Origin: Malacoraja senta
Taxonomy: Eukaryota
Direction: 5' to 3'
NCBI GenBank assembly: GCA_038087875.1
Contig: CM075988.1
Span: 3,348,001-3,412,000 of the forward strand
DNA: 64,000 bases
Shown here piece after piece: positions 12,313 to 25,100 of the stretch. Each line of letters starts with the position of its first letter. The first letter of the stretch is position 1. Below the pieces are notes generated by a model. The model had not been told where the DNA came from. It ran no database searches and saw nothing but the letters and a program-made list of their open reading frames with translations. Both the position numbers and the translations under genes were made by a program.

Positions 12313-13426
12313 ATTTATTTTTCTTCAGAGATGCTGCCTGTCCCGCTGAGCCACTCCAGCACTCCGTGCCTACCTTCGATTTAAACCAGCATCTGCAGTT
12401 CTTTCCTGCACATTTTCCCCAGGAGAAGTAGGTTGAGGAGAGGTTGTGTTAAAAGACTGAAATGCTGCACTAAGAACTGCAATAGGATTATTCTGTCACA
12501 ATAGAATAACAGAGAAAGCCCGACTTACTCAGAGGACATCGGGACAAGTGAACAAGCAAATATTCTGGGTGTCGATCTCTCCATTGACTCTACACAGGCG
12601 GTGCCTCAGTCTAAGTCTAAAGCTAGGAATCAGATTCCCTGTGTGGTACTTCAACGCATTTCATGTTTTCTTTTGAGAGACAAACAAAAACGCAATTAGT
12701 CAAAAGTTGGCGTGACCACTGGTTTGATGGTGCTTTAAGGAAAATGTTACCTCTTCTCTCTTCCTTACAGGTGCTGACAAACCCACGCTGGGTTGGCATT
12801 CGGCACATTGGTCTTCATCAGAGTATTGAGTATAGAAGTTGGGAGGTGACGTTGCAGTTGTAGAAGACATTGGTGAGGCCGCATTTTGAGAATTGTAGAT
12901 AGACATAAAGAGATCTATAGAGGGTAGAAGGCCGTTCTGGGGACCGGTGGAGACAGGGGAAGGGGTCTTCACTGGGTGGCAAAGACTACTTCCCATAGAA
13001 AAAGGCGCGGAGGCAGAGGTGACGGAAGAAGAGGCCGACGTCGTGGCAGACCCAGAACTCGTTGAGGTGGGGACGGAGGGGAACAAAGGTGAGGCCTCTG
13101 TTGAGGACAGACCGTTCCGTATCAGAAAGGGGGAGGTCAGGGGGGGATGGTGAAGGCATGACAAGGGTGGGGGTTGGGGTCAGAGGAGGGCTGGGGAGTG
13201 AACAGAGGCCGAGGTGGGATCTAGTGGGGGGATGGTGGGTGTTCAGAGAGGAGGGGGGCTTGAGGACTATTGTATGGATGGGCTGCGGTTACTCCGAACA
13301 CACACCACCCATACAATAATCTCAGCCTCTGTCCATTCCCCGGCCCCCCTCTGACCCCAACCTCCACCCTTGTTGTGTCTTCACCATCCCCCTGACTATA
13401 TTTCTAACTGCCGATGTGACATAAAC

Positions 13427-14216
13427 CCCACTCTCACTATCGACGGCACCACTGTCTCCCCATCTCCTCAGGCACGCAACCTTGGCGTGATCCTTGACTC
13501 AACCCTCTCCCTTGAGCCTCACATCCGCCATGTTGTCAAAACATCATTTTTTCACCTCCGCAACATTGCAAAAATCAGATCGTCTCTCACACCCCCCGCT
13601 GCTGAAAGACTCATCCATGCCTTCATCTCCTCCCGACTGGACTACTGTAACTCTCTTCTTTTCGGAATCAATTCCAGCAGCATCAAACGACTCCAACTGG
13701 TCCAAAATGCAGCCGCTCGACTCATTACCCACACCAAATCCTGGCACCACATCACCCCAGTTCTCAAAGAACTTCACTGGCTTCCCATTTCCCACCGGAT
13801 CACCTACAAAATCCTGGTCCTCACCTACAAAGCCCTCAACAACCTGGCCCCCCCTTATCTCATTGACCTCCTCTCCCCCTACCAACCCTCATGGTCCCTC
13901 AGATCCACATCAGCTGGTCTCCTCTCCACTCCGAAATCAAACCTCTGCACTTTTGGAGGCAGAGCCTTCTCCAGGGCAGCTCCCAGGCTCTGGAATTCCC
14001 TCCCACAACCGGTCCGAAATTCTGAGTCCCTCACCATCTTCCAGTCCCGCCTCAAGACCCATCTCTTCACCTCTGCATACCCTTAGTCCCATGTTCCCCC
14101 CCCCCCTCTGTCTTACTGCTCTATTTTGTTTTGTTTATTCCTGACTCTCAATTGTAAAGCGACTTTGAGTCCTGAAAAGCGCTATATAAATAAAATCTAT
14201 TATTATTATTATTATT
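13427..14216 (+). mobile_element. L2-clade LINE 3' fragment with (ATT)n tail, TSD ATAAAC
   Basis: ARNLGVILDSTLS, IHAFISSRLDYCNSLL, LQLVQNAAARL, LHWLPI, PRLWNSLP; ataaac at 13421-13426 and 14217-14222. Confidence 0.92.
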
Positions 14217-14388
14217 ATAAACTGTCTCAACTTTTCCACTCCCCTTACCTACTCCCTCACCCCCTCTGAACGTACAGCCCTCTGCTCACGCTGCAGCAAC
14301 CCTGACATTATAATCAAACCCGCCAACAAGGGAGGTGCCGTGGTAGTCTGGCGCGCTGACCTCTACTGGGCCTAGGCCAGGTGACAAC

Positions 14389-15334
14389 GATTCAAGATTC
14401 AAGAGAGTTTATTATCATGTGTCCCTGATAGGACAATGAAATTCTTGCTTTGCTTCAGCACAACAGAACATAGTAGGCATTGACTACAAAACAGATCAGT
14501 GTGTCCATATACCATTATGTATGTATATACACACATGAATAAATAAACTGATGAAGTGCAAATAACAGATAATGGGCTATTAATGTTCAGAGTTTTGTCC
14601 GAGCCAAGTTTAATAGCCTGATGGCTGTGGGGAAGTAGCTATTCCTGAACCTGGTCATTGTAGTCTTAAGGCTCCTGTACCTTCTACCTGAAGGTAGTAG
14701 GGAGATGAGTGTGTGGCCAGGATGGTGTGGGTCCTTGATGATACTGCCAGCCTTTTTGAGGCAGCAACTGCGATAGATCCCCTCGATGGAAGGGAGGTCA
14801 GAGCCGATGATGGACTGGGCAGTGTTTACTACTTTTTGTAGTATTTTCCTTTCCAGGGCGCTCAAGTTGCCGAACCAAGCCATGATGCAACCGGTCAGCA
14901 TGCTTTCTGCTGTGCACCTGTAGAAGTTAGAAAGAGTCCTCCTTGACAAACCGACTCTCCGTAATCTTGTCAGGAAGTAGAGGAGCTGATGTGCTTTCTT
15001 AATAATTGCATCAGTGTTCTCGGACCAGGAGAGATCTTCAGAGATGTGCACGCCCAGGAATTTGAAGCTCTTGACCCTTTCAACCATCGACCCGTTGATA
15101 TAAACGGGACTGTGGGTCCCCATCCTACTCCTTCCAAAGTCCAAAATCAGTTCCTTGGTTTTGCTGGTGTTGAGGGCCAGGTTATTGTGCTGGCACCATA
15201 TGGACAGTTGCTCGATTTCTCTTCTGTACTCTGACTCATCCCCATCAGTGATACGTCCCACAACAGTGGTGTCGTCAGCGAACCTGATGATGGAGTTCGC
15301 TCTATGACCGGCTACGCAGTCATGAGTATAGAGT
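14389..15334 (-). mobile_element. Rex1/Babar-clade LINE 3' portion with (TCTTGAA)n tail, probable TSD ACAAC
   Basis: ORF 14587-15354: LYTHDC, RFADDTTVVG, FKFLGVHIS, LPSGRRYRS; acaac at 14384-14388 and 15335-15339. Confidence 0.92.
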
Positions 15335-16518
15335 ACAACTCTCAGACACCTCATCCTTCTTATCTTTAGACTATGATCCTACAGACGAGCACCAGGCCTT
15401 AATCTTAAACACCACTACTGATTTCATCACTTTTGGCTGTCTGCCTTCCACAGCCTCCAACCTTATCGTTACCCAGCCCCGCACAGCCCGGTTTTACCTT
15501 CTCCCTAAAATCCACAAACACGACTGCCCTGGCAGACCCATTGTTTCTGCCTGCTCCTGTCCCACGGAAATTATTTCCACGTACATCGACTCCATCCTAT
15601 CCCGCCCGGTCCGATCTCTCCCGACCTATACCCAAGATAGCACGGAAATAGCAGGGGACCGGGGGTCAAATGTGATGGAGGAACTGAGTGAAATCCAGGT
15701 TAGTCGGGAAGTGGTGTTAGGAAAATTGAATGGATTGAAGGCCGATAAATCCCCAGGGCCAGATAGGCTGCATCCCAGAGTGCTTAAGGAAGTAGCCCCA
15801 GAAATAGTGGATGCATTAGTGATAATGTTTCAAAACTCTTTAGATTCTGGAGTAGTTCCTGAGGATTGGAGGGTAGCTAATGTAACCCCACTTTTTAAAA
15901 AGGGAGGGAGAGAGAAAATGGGGAATTACAGACCAGTTAGTTGAACATCGGTAGTGGGGAAAATGCTAGAGTCAGTTATTAAAGATGGGATAGCAGCACA
16001 TTTGGAAAGTGGTGAAATCATTGGACAAAGTCAGCATGGATTTATGAAAGACGAATCTTATAGAATTTTTCGTGGATGTAACTAGTAGAGTGGATAAGGG
16101 AGAACCAGTGGATGTGTTATATCTGGACTTTCAGAAGACTTTCGACAAGGTCCCACATAAGAGATTAGTATGCAAACTTAAAGCACACGGTATTGGGGGT
16201 TCAGTATTGATGTGGATAGAGAACTGGCTGGCAGACAGGAAGCAAAGAGTAGGAGTAAACAAGTCCTTTTCAGAATGGCAGGCAGTGACTAGTGGGGTAC
16301 CGCAAGGCTCAGTGCTGGGACCCCAGCTATTTACAATATATATTAATAATAATAATAATAATAATGATTTGGACGAGGGAATTGAATTCAACATCTCCAA
16401 GTTTGCGGATGACACGAAGCTGGGGGGCAGTGTTAGCTGTGAGGAGGATGCTAGGAGGCTGCAAGGTGACTTGGATAGGTTGGGTGAGTGGGCAAATGCA
16501 TGGCAGATGCAGTATAAT

Positions 16519-19500
16519 AGTAAGATTAAACGAGAACTTAACAGTTTGAAGTTTGATCTTTATTTTATGAAGAGTTACGTTGAGGGATTACGTGAAGAAC
16601 CCGCCAGCACGCATGCGCGTCAATCTACAAACCAGCGGTGTGAGATTACAGATAACAGTTGTTGAACTAAACATAGTAAGATTAGAGAAGACTAGAATAC
16701 CAGCTGATCTTTGTGATAGCGAGTTGGGAGCGGAGGGCATGTAATCCCTCAACGTAACTCCTCATAAAATAAAGATCAAACTTCAAACTGGTAAGTTCTC
16801 GTTTAATCTTACTATTTTACTTCGGAGTCACATGAGTGACTACGTGAAGATTTCAAAGCTCTGTGATTTCATGCCGTTGAAACGAGTCCATGCATCACAC
16901 ACTGCATGAATTGACCAATGATGAGTGAACATTAATAATGCAGTCAGACATGACATAGATATAGACATGTTGATGCTTAATGAACAAATAATGATAATAC
17001 TAACCTCCCTTAACCGGGAGGAAACTATAAACAGAACCTAACATAGAGTTGGCAAATACCCCAGGCCTGGCAATGGGTTAGTTCTAAATGTTTGGAAAGA
17101 TCGTTCATTTGACCATCCTGCAGCCGCTAGGATGTAGTCCCACGAAACGTCCATAACTCTGCTGCTGATGTTGTTGCAGCCCTGGTGGAGTGAGACTTGA
17201 AAATGTCCGTGTTCACTCCTGTATAAGCCAGAACCCGTGAACCACCTGGAGATGGTCTGTAGTGATACCTACTTATGAGGCTTTATGTAACTAACAAACA
17301 TTGCTAGTTCAGATTCTTTAAGCTCTAAGTGACCTTAACATACTGGTGTAGATGTGTGACCACAAACAATCGAAGGTCCATGGGATATGCCAACAAGTGT
17401 AGTTAAGACCTGGTGCCCCTGGTCTATTCTGCTTGACTAAGACATAACCATAAAATGTTATTTTGCCTGCAGATATAATCATCCTGTCCAGTCCCTAGCT
17501 TATGCAATGACTGGACCCGTTGCGCTGGACTCAGCGCCATGAGCACAACCACTTTGTAAGTGAGTTTGACCAAGGACAGGGATGTAGCTGGATCCCACCT
17601 GCGAAGCGGCGTAGCACAATGTTAACATCCCATATCTCTGTGTACCTGGGCCTAGGAGGTTTCGAGTTGAAGATACCCTTCATAATCTAGATATCATAGA
17701 GCGAGACCCGACAGAGTGGATTCTGCTCCCCGCAGCCAATATGATGAGAAGGCACGTTCGGCACAGTAAATGGCACTTTAACTTAATATTTGTCAAACCC
17801 ATAGAACTGAACTTCAAGACGTCAGTCATCCGTGCCGAAATATGTGTAATAATAGCAAAAACAATTACTTCCCATCTCCTTATGAGGAAAATACTGCTTA
17901 TTTGGTGCTATCCCTGCAATCTGCAGTGAGCATGTCCATAGATTGGTTTAACAACCCGAGCCACAGGAAAGGTCTTCTCAGAGTCTGCAAGTCAATGAAT
18001 TGATGTTTATCATGCAGAGGATGGTTTACCGAGTCATGGCTTAAACCAGCAAATTTTTGTGTCTAGAAATAACCATATAAGGTTCTATTATCATTCCCCA
18101 CATCAGCGGGAACCATGGCTCTAAATGCCAGTCAGGCACTACGAAAAAGCCTGAAGCGGGAACTTGCTGAATTTTTTGCAAGACCCGTCTGATGAGGCAA
18201 AATGGAGGGAGACATAAAAGAACATTCCTCCCCAGTGTAGCGAGAATGCATCCATCGCCACTGATATGCCACATATTTTTTGCAACTGGTGATTGAGCCT
18301 GGATGCAAATATCTGGATCTTTTAGTGTTCCATCGAGCCACAATGTCATTAAATACTTTGTGATCCAACATCCATTCTGTTTTATCATTGATTTTACATG
18401 ATGATACACCAGTGCCAAATGAGGTTAGGTAAACTATCACTGGATACTTTGACTTGGTTGCACCCATGTGATTAACATACCACCACCAAAGTGCATCAAC
18501 TTGGACTTGAGCATGCAATTAATGCATATCCGCACAAAACCTTTAACACATATAATGTACCTAGTGTCTATAGGTAGTAGATACCTTATAACTGAAGAAT
18601 TGGCAACTCATGCAATCCCATCCGCCTCCGTAACTAGAGATGGCATTGGTAATTTTCCATCTTTGAGCAATAGCATCAGTTTGTAATTCACTGAAGATTT
18701 ACTGATGAAAAGTTAGTGGAGCAATGCTGAATACTGTTTGTCTACCATGGTGACTTTGATAGTTTCAGCTGGAATAGCATAGGTCTGGTAACAATGACCT
18801 ACATGGTACTTGAGAGCTTACTCCTTTGCATGTTGTATAGTTCTGATAAAGCAAAGGCCCAAATAGCACAGCTGAAAGCCAATATATTGCCAATTACAAT
18901 TGATGAACAGAAGGCTGCTTGATAACAAGGTTGTTACAGGCTTCAATTAATTCCAATCTCTTGCCTCAGGACGGAGTCACAGACAAATTAATAGAGTTAA
19001 AGGTAAATCCCAATAATCAATAATTTCAGTTGGTATCAACTTAAATGTAACTGGATGGGTGAGAAACCCAATTACTCAAATATAGTTTGGTGGCTGATAC
19101 AGCTAATTTAGCAAAATACAGCGTTTAGAATGTCATCCCGATATTGTTTTTTAGCTCTGAGCAGTTGAAGCACTGGTTTTAGTAATTTGGTAAATAACCT
19201 GGGAGCTGAAGTTAGCCCATTTTGCAACGCTTTTAACTGTATCATTGCCCCATCCAGCTAAATTTCAAATACCTCCGGTGCCCCGTGAATGGAAACTCAT
19301 CCCATGGAAGTTTAAACAGTCACGAAGTTTCCTATTCAGAAATGTTTATACTGCACATGTGAGTTGAACCTGTTGACAATGAACAGGCCACATCTGCCAT
19401 AATTGCGAGCCTGCCTTGAAAGGCAACTCCAGCCATATTTCCGAGAACTCTGGCCAAATTCTGTGCCTGTCTCCCTTGTATACTGTGCAGTATAAACAAA

Positions 19501-21299
19501 TCTTATGTTATTATTTTAATTATAAACAGATCTGAATCTTATGTTATCATTGTCATCTGTACAAAACAAGTGTAAATATTACCAACTTGTAAATGGTCCA
19601 CATACCCCATGATTCGGAAAGAACCAGGCCCACATACCTTCATGGTTATCGGTGGTTTATGGTAAGTCCAAAGGCCCCTGATGCAGGTTCTATTCCCGTC
19701 CTTGATTTGGAGAGTAGGACTGCTGGGGTACGTGGATCCCATATTCCTCTTGGGGCTGGTTTTGGGCATTGGCCTAAAGACCTGTGCTCAGCTTACAATC
19801 TGCCACCAGCCTCCGTGAACCGCTTCCTGCCAATGAAGGCATAGGGTGTGTGTCGCCGACACAATGAAGCTTTGCTTGTCGCCGATAGTTTTTGTTTCCT
19901 CATCCCGGTCTTACCCGATTTTCCGTGAAGAGAAGATTCGGCGGCTGGACATTTACTGGGTTCATGCCGCCTCCAATATGACCCCAGATAGCGCTGCTCA
20001 CTGCTAGCATTTTCAGGAACCCTTCACATGTTCCTATAATGATGTGACGTGAAGTAGCTGCTGCTCCATGAGGGGAACTCTGGCCGTTCCGGGTTTTCTG
20101 TCAGTATGTTCCCCTAACATACTTCTGTCTGGGGAACCACCCCGGTTACTATCCGTCTTATTCTTGGCTTTACCCCCTTTCAAGGGAACCACTGTGGTTA
20201 CTATCCGTCTTACCCTTGGTTTTACCCCCTTTCTGGGGAACCACTGTGGTTCCTATCCGTCTTACCCTTGGTTTTACCCCCTTTCTGGGGAACCACTGTG
20301 GTTCCTATCCCTTACCCTTGGTTTTACTCCCTTTCTGGGGAACCACTGCGGAGTTTGGAGTCAGTTACCAACTGACCCCTCGCACTTACCTTCACAGATA
20401 CGGAGATTTCCATGGACCATATGAGGATGGAGCATTATCTTAGTGGGATGAATGTCCTGTGGACGCTATCCAAGCTCCATCTGGGTAAAACATCCGAGGA
20501 CGTACCCATGTCGGAGGGGAACCCTCCTGGCCTGACTTCAGTCTAGGCCTCTCAGACTCTGTTTAGGCTCTTACCCTCTGCGGGCTGCCGGAGTCTGAAG
20601 TCGCCGCCGGCTACCCGCACTTCCGCGGTCCGTAGCCGTGCCTTCCCGCGGTCCCCGTCGCCGAGGTGAGCCAGGTTACCCGCGGTCTTCCCACGGTCCC
20701 CGAAGCCGGGTTCCGCGGTCCCCGCAGCCGGGCTTCCGTTGAGCCCGGTATTCACCCGGTTGTTGCAGCCGGCATTCCCCCGCGGTCCCTGTAAAAGGTA
20801 TTCCCCGTGATGTCGGGTTTCCCCCGAGCCGGTTGTCCTTGCTGTTTCTGCAGCCGGGGTTCCCCCGCAGTCCCTGAAGACGGGCTTCCCCGCGATGTCT
20901 GTGGTCGGGCTTCCCTCGAGCCGAATATCCCCGCTGTTTTCGCAGCCGGGATTCCCCCGCGGTCCCTGAAGACGGGCTTCCCCGCGATGTCTGTGGTCGG
21001 GCTTCCCCCCGAGCCAAATGTCTCCGCAGTTTTTGTAGCCGGGATTCCCCCCGCGGTCCCTGTAGAAGGGAGCCGGAGATGGGATTTCGACCCCAGAACG
21101 TCTCCAGCAGGAACTCTGTAAAGAGCTTCCTGCAAGGAGAAAACAGACCTGGAAAAAGTTTAAAAATTTACCTTCAGGTTTGACCGTTGGTGCAGCAGCG
21201 CTCCCCCAGCCCGACGTTGCGCAATGCGTTAGACGATATGACGCGCATGCGTGCTGGCGGGTTCTTCACATAGTCACTCACGTGACTCCAAAGTAAAAT
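16519..21299 (-). mobile_element. DIRS1-like tyrosine-recombinase retrotransposon, structurally complete termini, ORFs decayed
   Basis: 31-bp ITR core at 16592-16622 and 21239-21269; internal complementary region 16738-16850; minus-strand YR motifs FKSHSTRAATTSAA and ILAAAGWSNE (~17100-17200), methyltransferase-like PPFCLIRRVLQKI...VVPDW (18041-18418), RNase H YVNHMG, RT LQNGLTSAPRLFTK (~19190-19230). Confidence 0.92.
20128..21070. repeat. Two GC-rich tandem arrays (~52-bp x~5 at 20128-20350; ~90-bp x~4 at 20765-21070) in the DIRS 5'/gag region
   Basis: Repeated tctggggaaccactgtgg... and gcagccgggattcccccgcggtccctg... units. Confidence 0.8.
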
Positions 21300-23676
21300 G
21301 TGGATAAATGTGAGGTTATCCACTTTGGTGGCAAGAACAGGAAAGTAGACTATTATCTGAATGGTGGCCGATTAGGAAAAGGGGAGATGCAACGAGACCT
21401 GGGTGTCATGGTACACCAGTCATTGAAAGTAGGCATGCAGGTGCAGCAGGCAGTGAAGAAAGCGAATGGTATGTTAGCATTCATAGCAAAAGGATTTGAG
21501 TATAGGAGCAGGGAGGTTCTACTGCAGTTGTACAGGTGAGACCACACCTGGAGCATTGTGTACAGTTTTGATCTCCTAATCTGAGGAAAGATATTCTTGC
21601 AATAGAGTGAGTACAGAGAAGGTTCACCAGACTGATTCCTGGGATGGCAAGACTTTCATATGAAGAAAGACTGGATAGATTCGGCTTGTACTCGCTAGAA
21701 TTTAGAAGATTGAGGGGGGATCTTATAGAAACTTACAAAATTCTTAAGGGGTTGGACAGGCTAGATGCAGGAAGATTGTTCCCGATGTTGGGGAAGTCCA
21801 GAACAAGGGGTCACAATTTAAGGATAAGGGGGAAGTATTTTAGGACCGAGATGAGAAAAAAATAATTTACACAGAGAGTGGTGAATCTGTGGAATTCTCT
21901 GCCACAGAAAGTAGTTGAGGCCAGTTCATTGGCTATATTTAAGAGGGAGTTAGATGTGGCCCTTGTGGCTAAAGGGATCAGGGGGTATGGAGAGAAGGCA
22001 GGTACAGGATACTGAGTTGATCAGCCATGATCATATTGAATGACGGTGCAGGCTCGAAGGGCCGAATGGCCTACTCCTGCACCTATTTTCTATGTTTCTA
22101 TGTAAGATACCTCACATGCTCATTGTCTCTTTGATGACCTGCTATCCGACTTCCCACTCCCTCATCTTTACTATAGACGTTCAGTCACGTTACACCTCAA
22201 TCCCCCACCAGGAGGGCCTTAAAGCCGTCCTTTTCTTCCTTCACCGCAGAACAACCCAATTTCCCTCTACTAAAACTCTACTCCACCTAGCAGAGTAGGT
22301 CCTCACCCTCAACAACTTCTCCTTTGACTCCTCCCACTCCCTCCAAATCCAAGGCGCAGCTATGGGCACCGGCATGGACCCTAGCTACAGTATGTCTGCC
22401 TCTTTGTAGGGTACATTGAACAATCGTCGTTCCAGGCGTACACTGGCCCTATCCCTGAACTCTAACTCCATTACATTGATGACTCATGGACTTCATCAAC
22501 TTCACCACCAATTTTCATCCTGCTCTCAAATTTACTTGGACCATCTCCGCCACCTACCTCCCCATTCTTGATCTCACAGTCTCCATCACAGGAAATAGAT
22601 TATTGACTGACGTGTATTACAAACCCACTGACCCACAACTATCTCAACTACACTTCCCACCCTGCTTCCTGCAAAGACTATCTCCTGCTCCCAATTTCTC
22701 CATCTACGCCGCATCTGCGCCCAAGTTGAGGTCTTCCATACTAGAACATCGAGATGTCCTCATTCTTTAGGAAACGGGGGTTTCCCTCTCCCAACATAGA
22801 TGAGGCCCTCACTCATGTCTCCTTGGTACCCTGCAGCTCCGCCCTTACTCCCCCTCCCCCTAGTCGTAACAGAGACAGAGTCCTCCTAGTCCTTACATTC
22901 CACCCCATCAGCCGTCCCATACAATGCATAATCCTCCAAAATTTCCGCCACCTCCAATGGGATCCTACCACTAGCCACATTTTCCCATCTCCACCTCTTT
23001 CCGCCTTCTGCAGAAACCGTTCCCTCCGCAACTCCCTGGTTAACTCATCCATTCCCACCTAAATCACCCCCTCCCCAGGTACCTTCCTCTGCAACCGCAG
23101 AAGATGCAACACCTGTCGCTATACCTCATCCCTCGACTCTGACCAGAGACCCCGACAGTCCTTTCAGGTTAGGCCAAGGTTCACTTGCACCTCCTCCAAC
23201 CTCATCTTCTGTATCCATTGTTCAAGATGTGGACTCGTACATCAGCGAGACCAAACGCAGACAGGGCGATCGTTTCGCTGAACACCTTCAGCCCACCTGA
23301 ACCAACCTGATCTCCCGGTTGCTGGACACTTTAATTCTCCTTCCCATTCCTACACAGACCTTTCTGTCATCGGTCTCCTCCATTGTCAGAGTGAGGCTAA
23401 ATGCAAATTGTAGGAGCTGCATCTCATATTTTGCTTGGGCAGCTTACAGATCAGTGGTATGAATATTGATTTCTCTCAATTCAGGTAGCCCCGGCATTCC
23501 CTCTCTCTCTATCCCTCCCCATCCAAGTTGCACCAGCTTCTCATTTTCACACAACAAACAGCTAACAATGGCCTGTTTCCTTTATCATCGTTACTTTTTT
23601 GCATATCTTTCATTCATTGTTCTTTATCTCTCCACATCACCGTCTATATCTCTTGTTTCCCTTATCCCAAACTAGT

Positions 23677-23704
23677 CTGGAGAAGGGTCTCAACCCGAAA
23701 CGTC
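23677..23704 (+). ncRNA. Hammerhead-like motif in the 3' pLTR of the Penelope element (core A6 mutated)
   Basis: ctggagaagggtctcaacccgaaacgtc, ~190 nt after the Penelope stop codon. Confidence 0.6.
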
Positions 23705-23796
23705 GCCCATTCCTTCTCTCCAGAGATGCTGCCTGTCCCGCTGAGTTTTGTGTCTGTTTTCGGTTTAAACCAGCGTCTGTAGTTCTTTATTACACA

Positions 23797-24345
23797 TTTA
23801 GAGTATTGTGTTCAGTTCTGGGCACCATGTTATTGGAAAGATGTTGTCAAGCTGGAAAATGTACAGAATAGCTTTACAAGGATGTTGCCAGGGCTAGAGG
23901 GTCTGAGCTATAGGGAAAGGTTGAGTAGGCTGAGACTCTATTCCTTGGAGCACAGGAGGATGAGGGGTGATCTTATTGAGGTATATAAAATCATGAAAGG
24001 AATAGATCGGGTACATGCACAGAGTCTCTTGCCCAGAATAGGTGAATCGAGGACCAGAGGACATAGGTTTAAGGTGAAGGGCAAAAGATTTAATAGGAAT
24101 CTGAGGGGTAACCTTTTCACACAAAGGGTGGTGGGTGTATGGAACAAGCTTCCAGATGAGATAGTTGAGGCTGGGACTATCAAAACATTTAAGAAAAAGT
24201 TATAGACAGGTACATGGATACGACAGGCTTGGAGGGATATGGACCAAACGCGGGCAGGTGGGATTAGTGTAGATGGGACATGTTGGCCGGTGTGGGCAAG
24301 TAGGGCTGAAGGGCCTGTTTCCACACTGTATCACTGTATGACTCT
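23797..24345 (+). mobile_element. CR1 LINE 3' fragment (second subfamily)
   Basis: MLPGLEGLSYRERL...RRMRGDLIEVYKI...RTRGHRFK...FTQRVVGVWNKLP. Confidence 0.9.
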
Positions 24346-24637
24346 TTGTAACTGCTAGAGACTTCATTGATATCAAGTAAATTGTGCATCCTTGAAGTTA
24401 AAACCATGGAGCAAGAGGTGATATGTGGCAATTATTCAGTGGAAAATTTAATTCAGATATCAAGACTGTTGCTCACAATTCTTTGATGATTCAGTAAAGC
24501 ATTGTATTTGTTTTCAATTGCAATTTGAGAGATACAGGAAGGAAACTGGCCCGTCAGCCCATCGAGTCCACACCGACCATCGATTACCCATTCACACATG
24601 TTATTGAGTCATCGTCATATAACTTGGAAACAGGCCC

Positions 24638-25100
24638 TTTTTGAAATATTTACAAAATTATTCAAGATAAAAATGGAACCTAATACTGAAATGATTATAT
24701 TTGGAGTAAAGGAAGATGGGAATAAATTGAACTCATCTCAAAATTTATTTTTTAATTATGGGTTAATAACGGCAAAAAAACTTATACTTAAATTTTGGGA
24801 AAAATACACCCATACCAACGCTTAAAATGTGGATTTCAAATATGTTGTACACCGCACATCTTGAGGAAATGCGATTCCTCCTAACAGATAAATCAGACCA
24901 ATTCATAATGAGTTGGTCTCAATTTGTTGATTTTTTGGAAGCATATGGTGCAACAAAATCGTAGAAGCTAACTGTTTCAGGATTGGGTGAGGGATGGTCA
25001 AGAATATAGATAATGATCTCCTTAATCTCTTACTTTCTACTCTTTCTCTCTCTTCTTTTCTTCATTTTTCTTCTTTCACCCTTTTCTCCTTTTCACACAC
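24638..25100 (+). mobile_element. L1-type LINE ORF2 C-terminal fragment and pyrimidine-rich 3' UTR
   Basis: IIFGV...FNYGLITAKKLILKFW then HLEEMRF...WSQF, resembling fish L1 C-termini. Confidence 0.6.

Larger units (their letters stand above)
15640..22103 (+). mobile_element. 5'-truncated CR1 LINE (ORF2 RT to 3' end), split by DIRS at 16519-21299, TSD AAGATA
   Basis: KSPGPDRLHPRVLKE, YLDFQK.FDKVPH, SGVPQGSVLGP, KFADDTK; resumes at 21300 (VDKCEVIHFG); atgtttct tail; aagata at 15634-15639 and 22104-22109. Confidence 0.93.
12906..23795 (+). mobile_element. Penelope-like retroelement (RT + GIY-YIG), degenerate, split by L2, Rex and CR1(+DIRS) insertions; inverted 5' piece at ~12906-13270 on -
   Basis: Pieces: FTIPPDLPLSDTERSVLNRGLTFVP (-), YISNCRCDI (13397-13425), IIIKPANKGGAVVVW (14306-14352), FYLLPKIHKHDCPGRPIVS (15492-15550), FTIDVQS.YTSIPHQEG, QGAAMG, YIDD (22160-22485), CNRRRCNTC, ETKRR.GDRFAEH, HFNSPSH (23090-23350), GMNIDFSQFR* then pLTR. 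Confidence 0.88.

Noticed and set aside
12771..12863. Strong splice acceptor (ctcttctctcttccttacag) followed by VLTNPRW...
   Set aside because: Runs into CR1 sequence within ~30 nt and has no convincing donor
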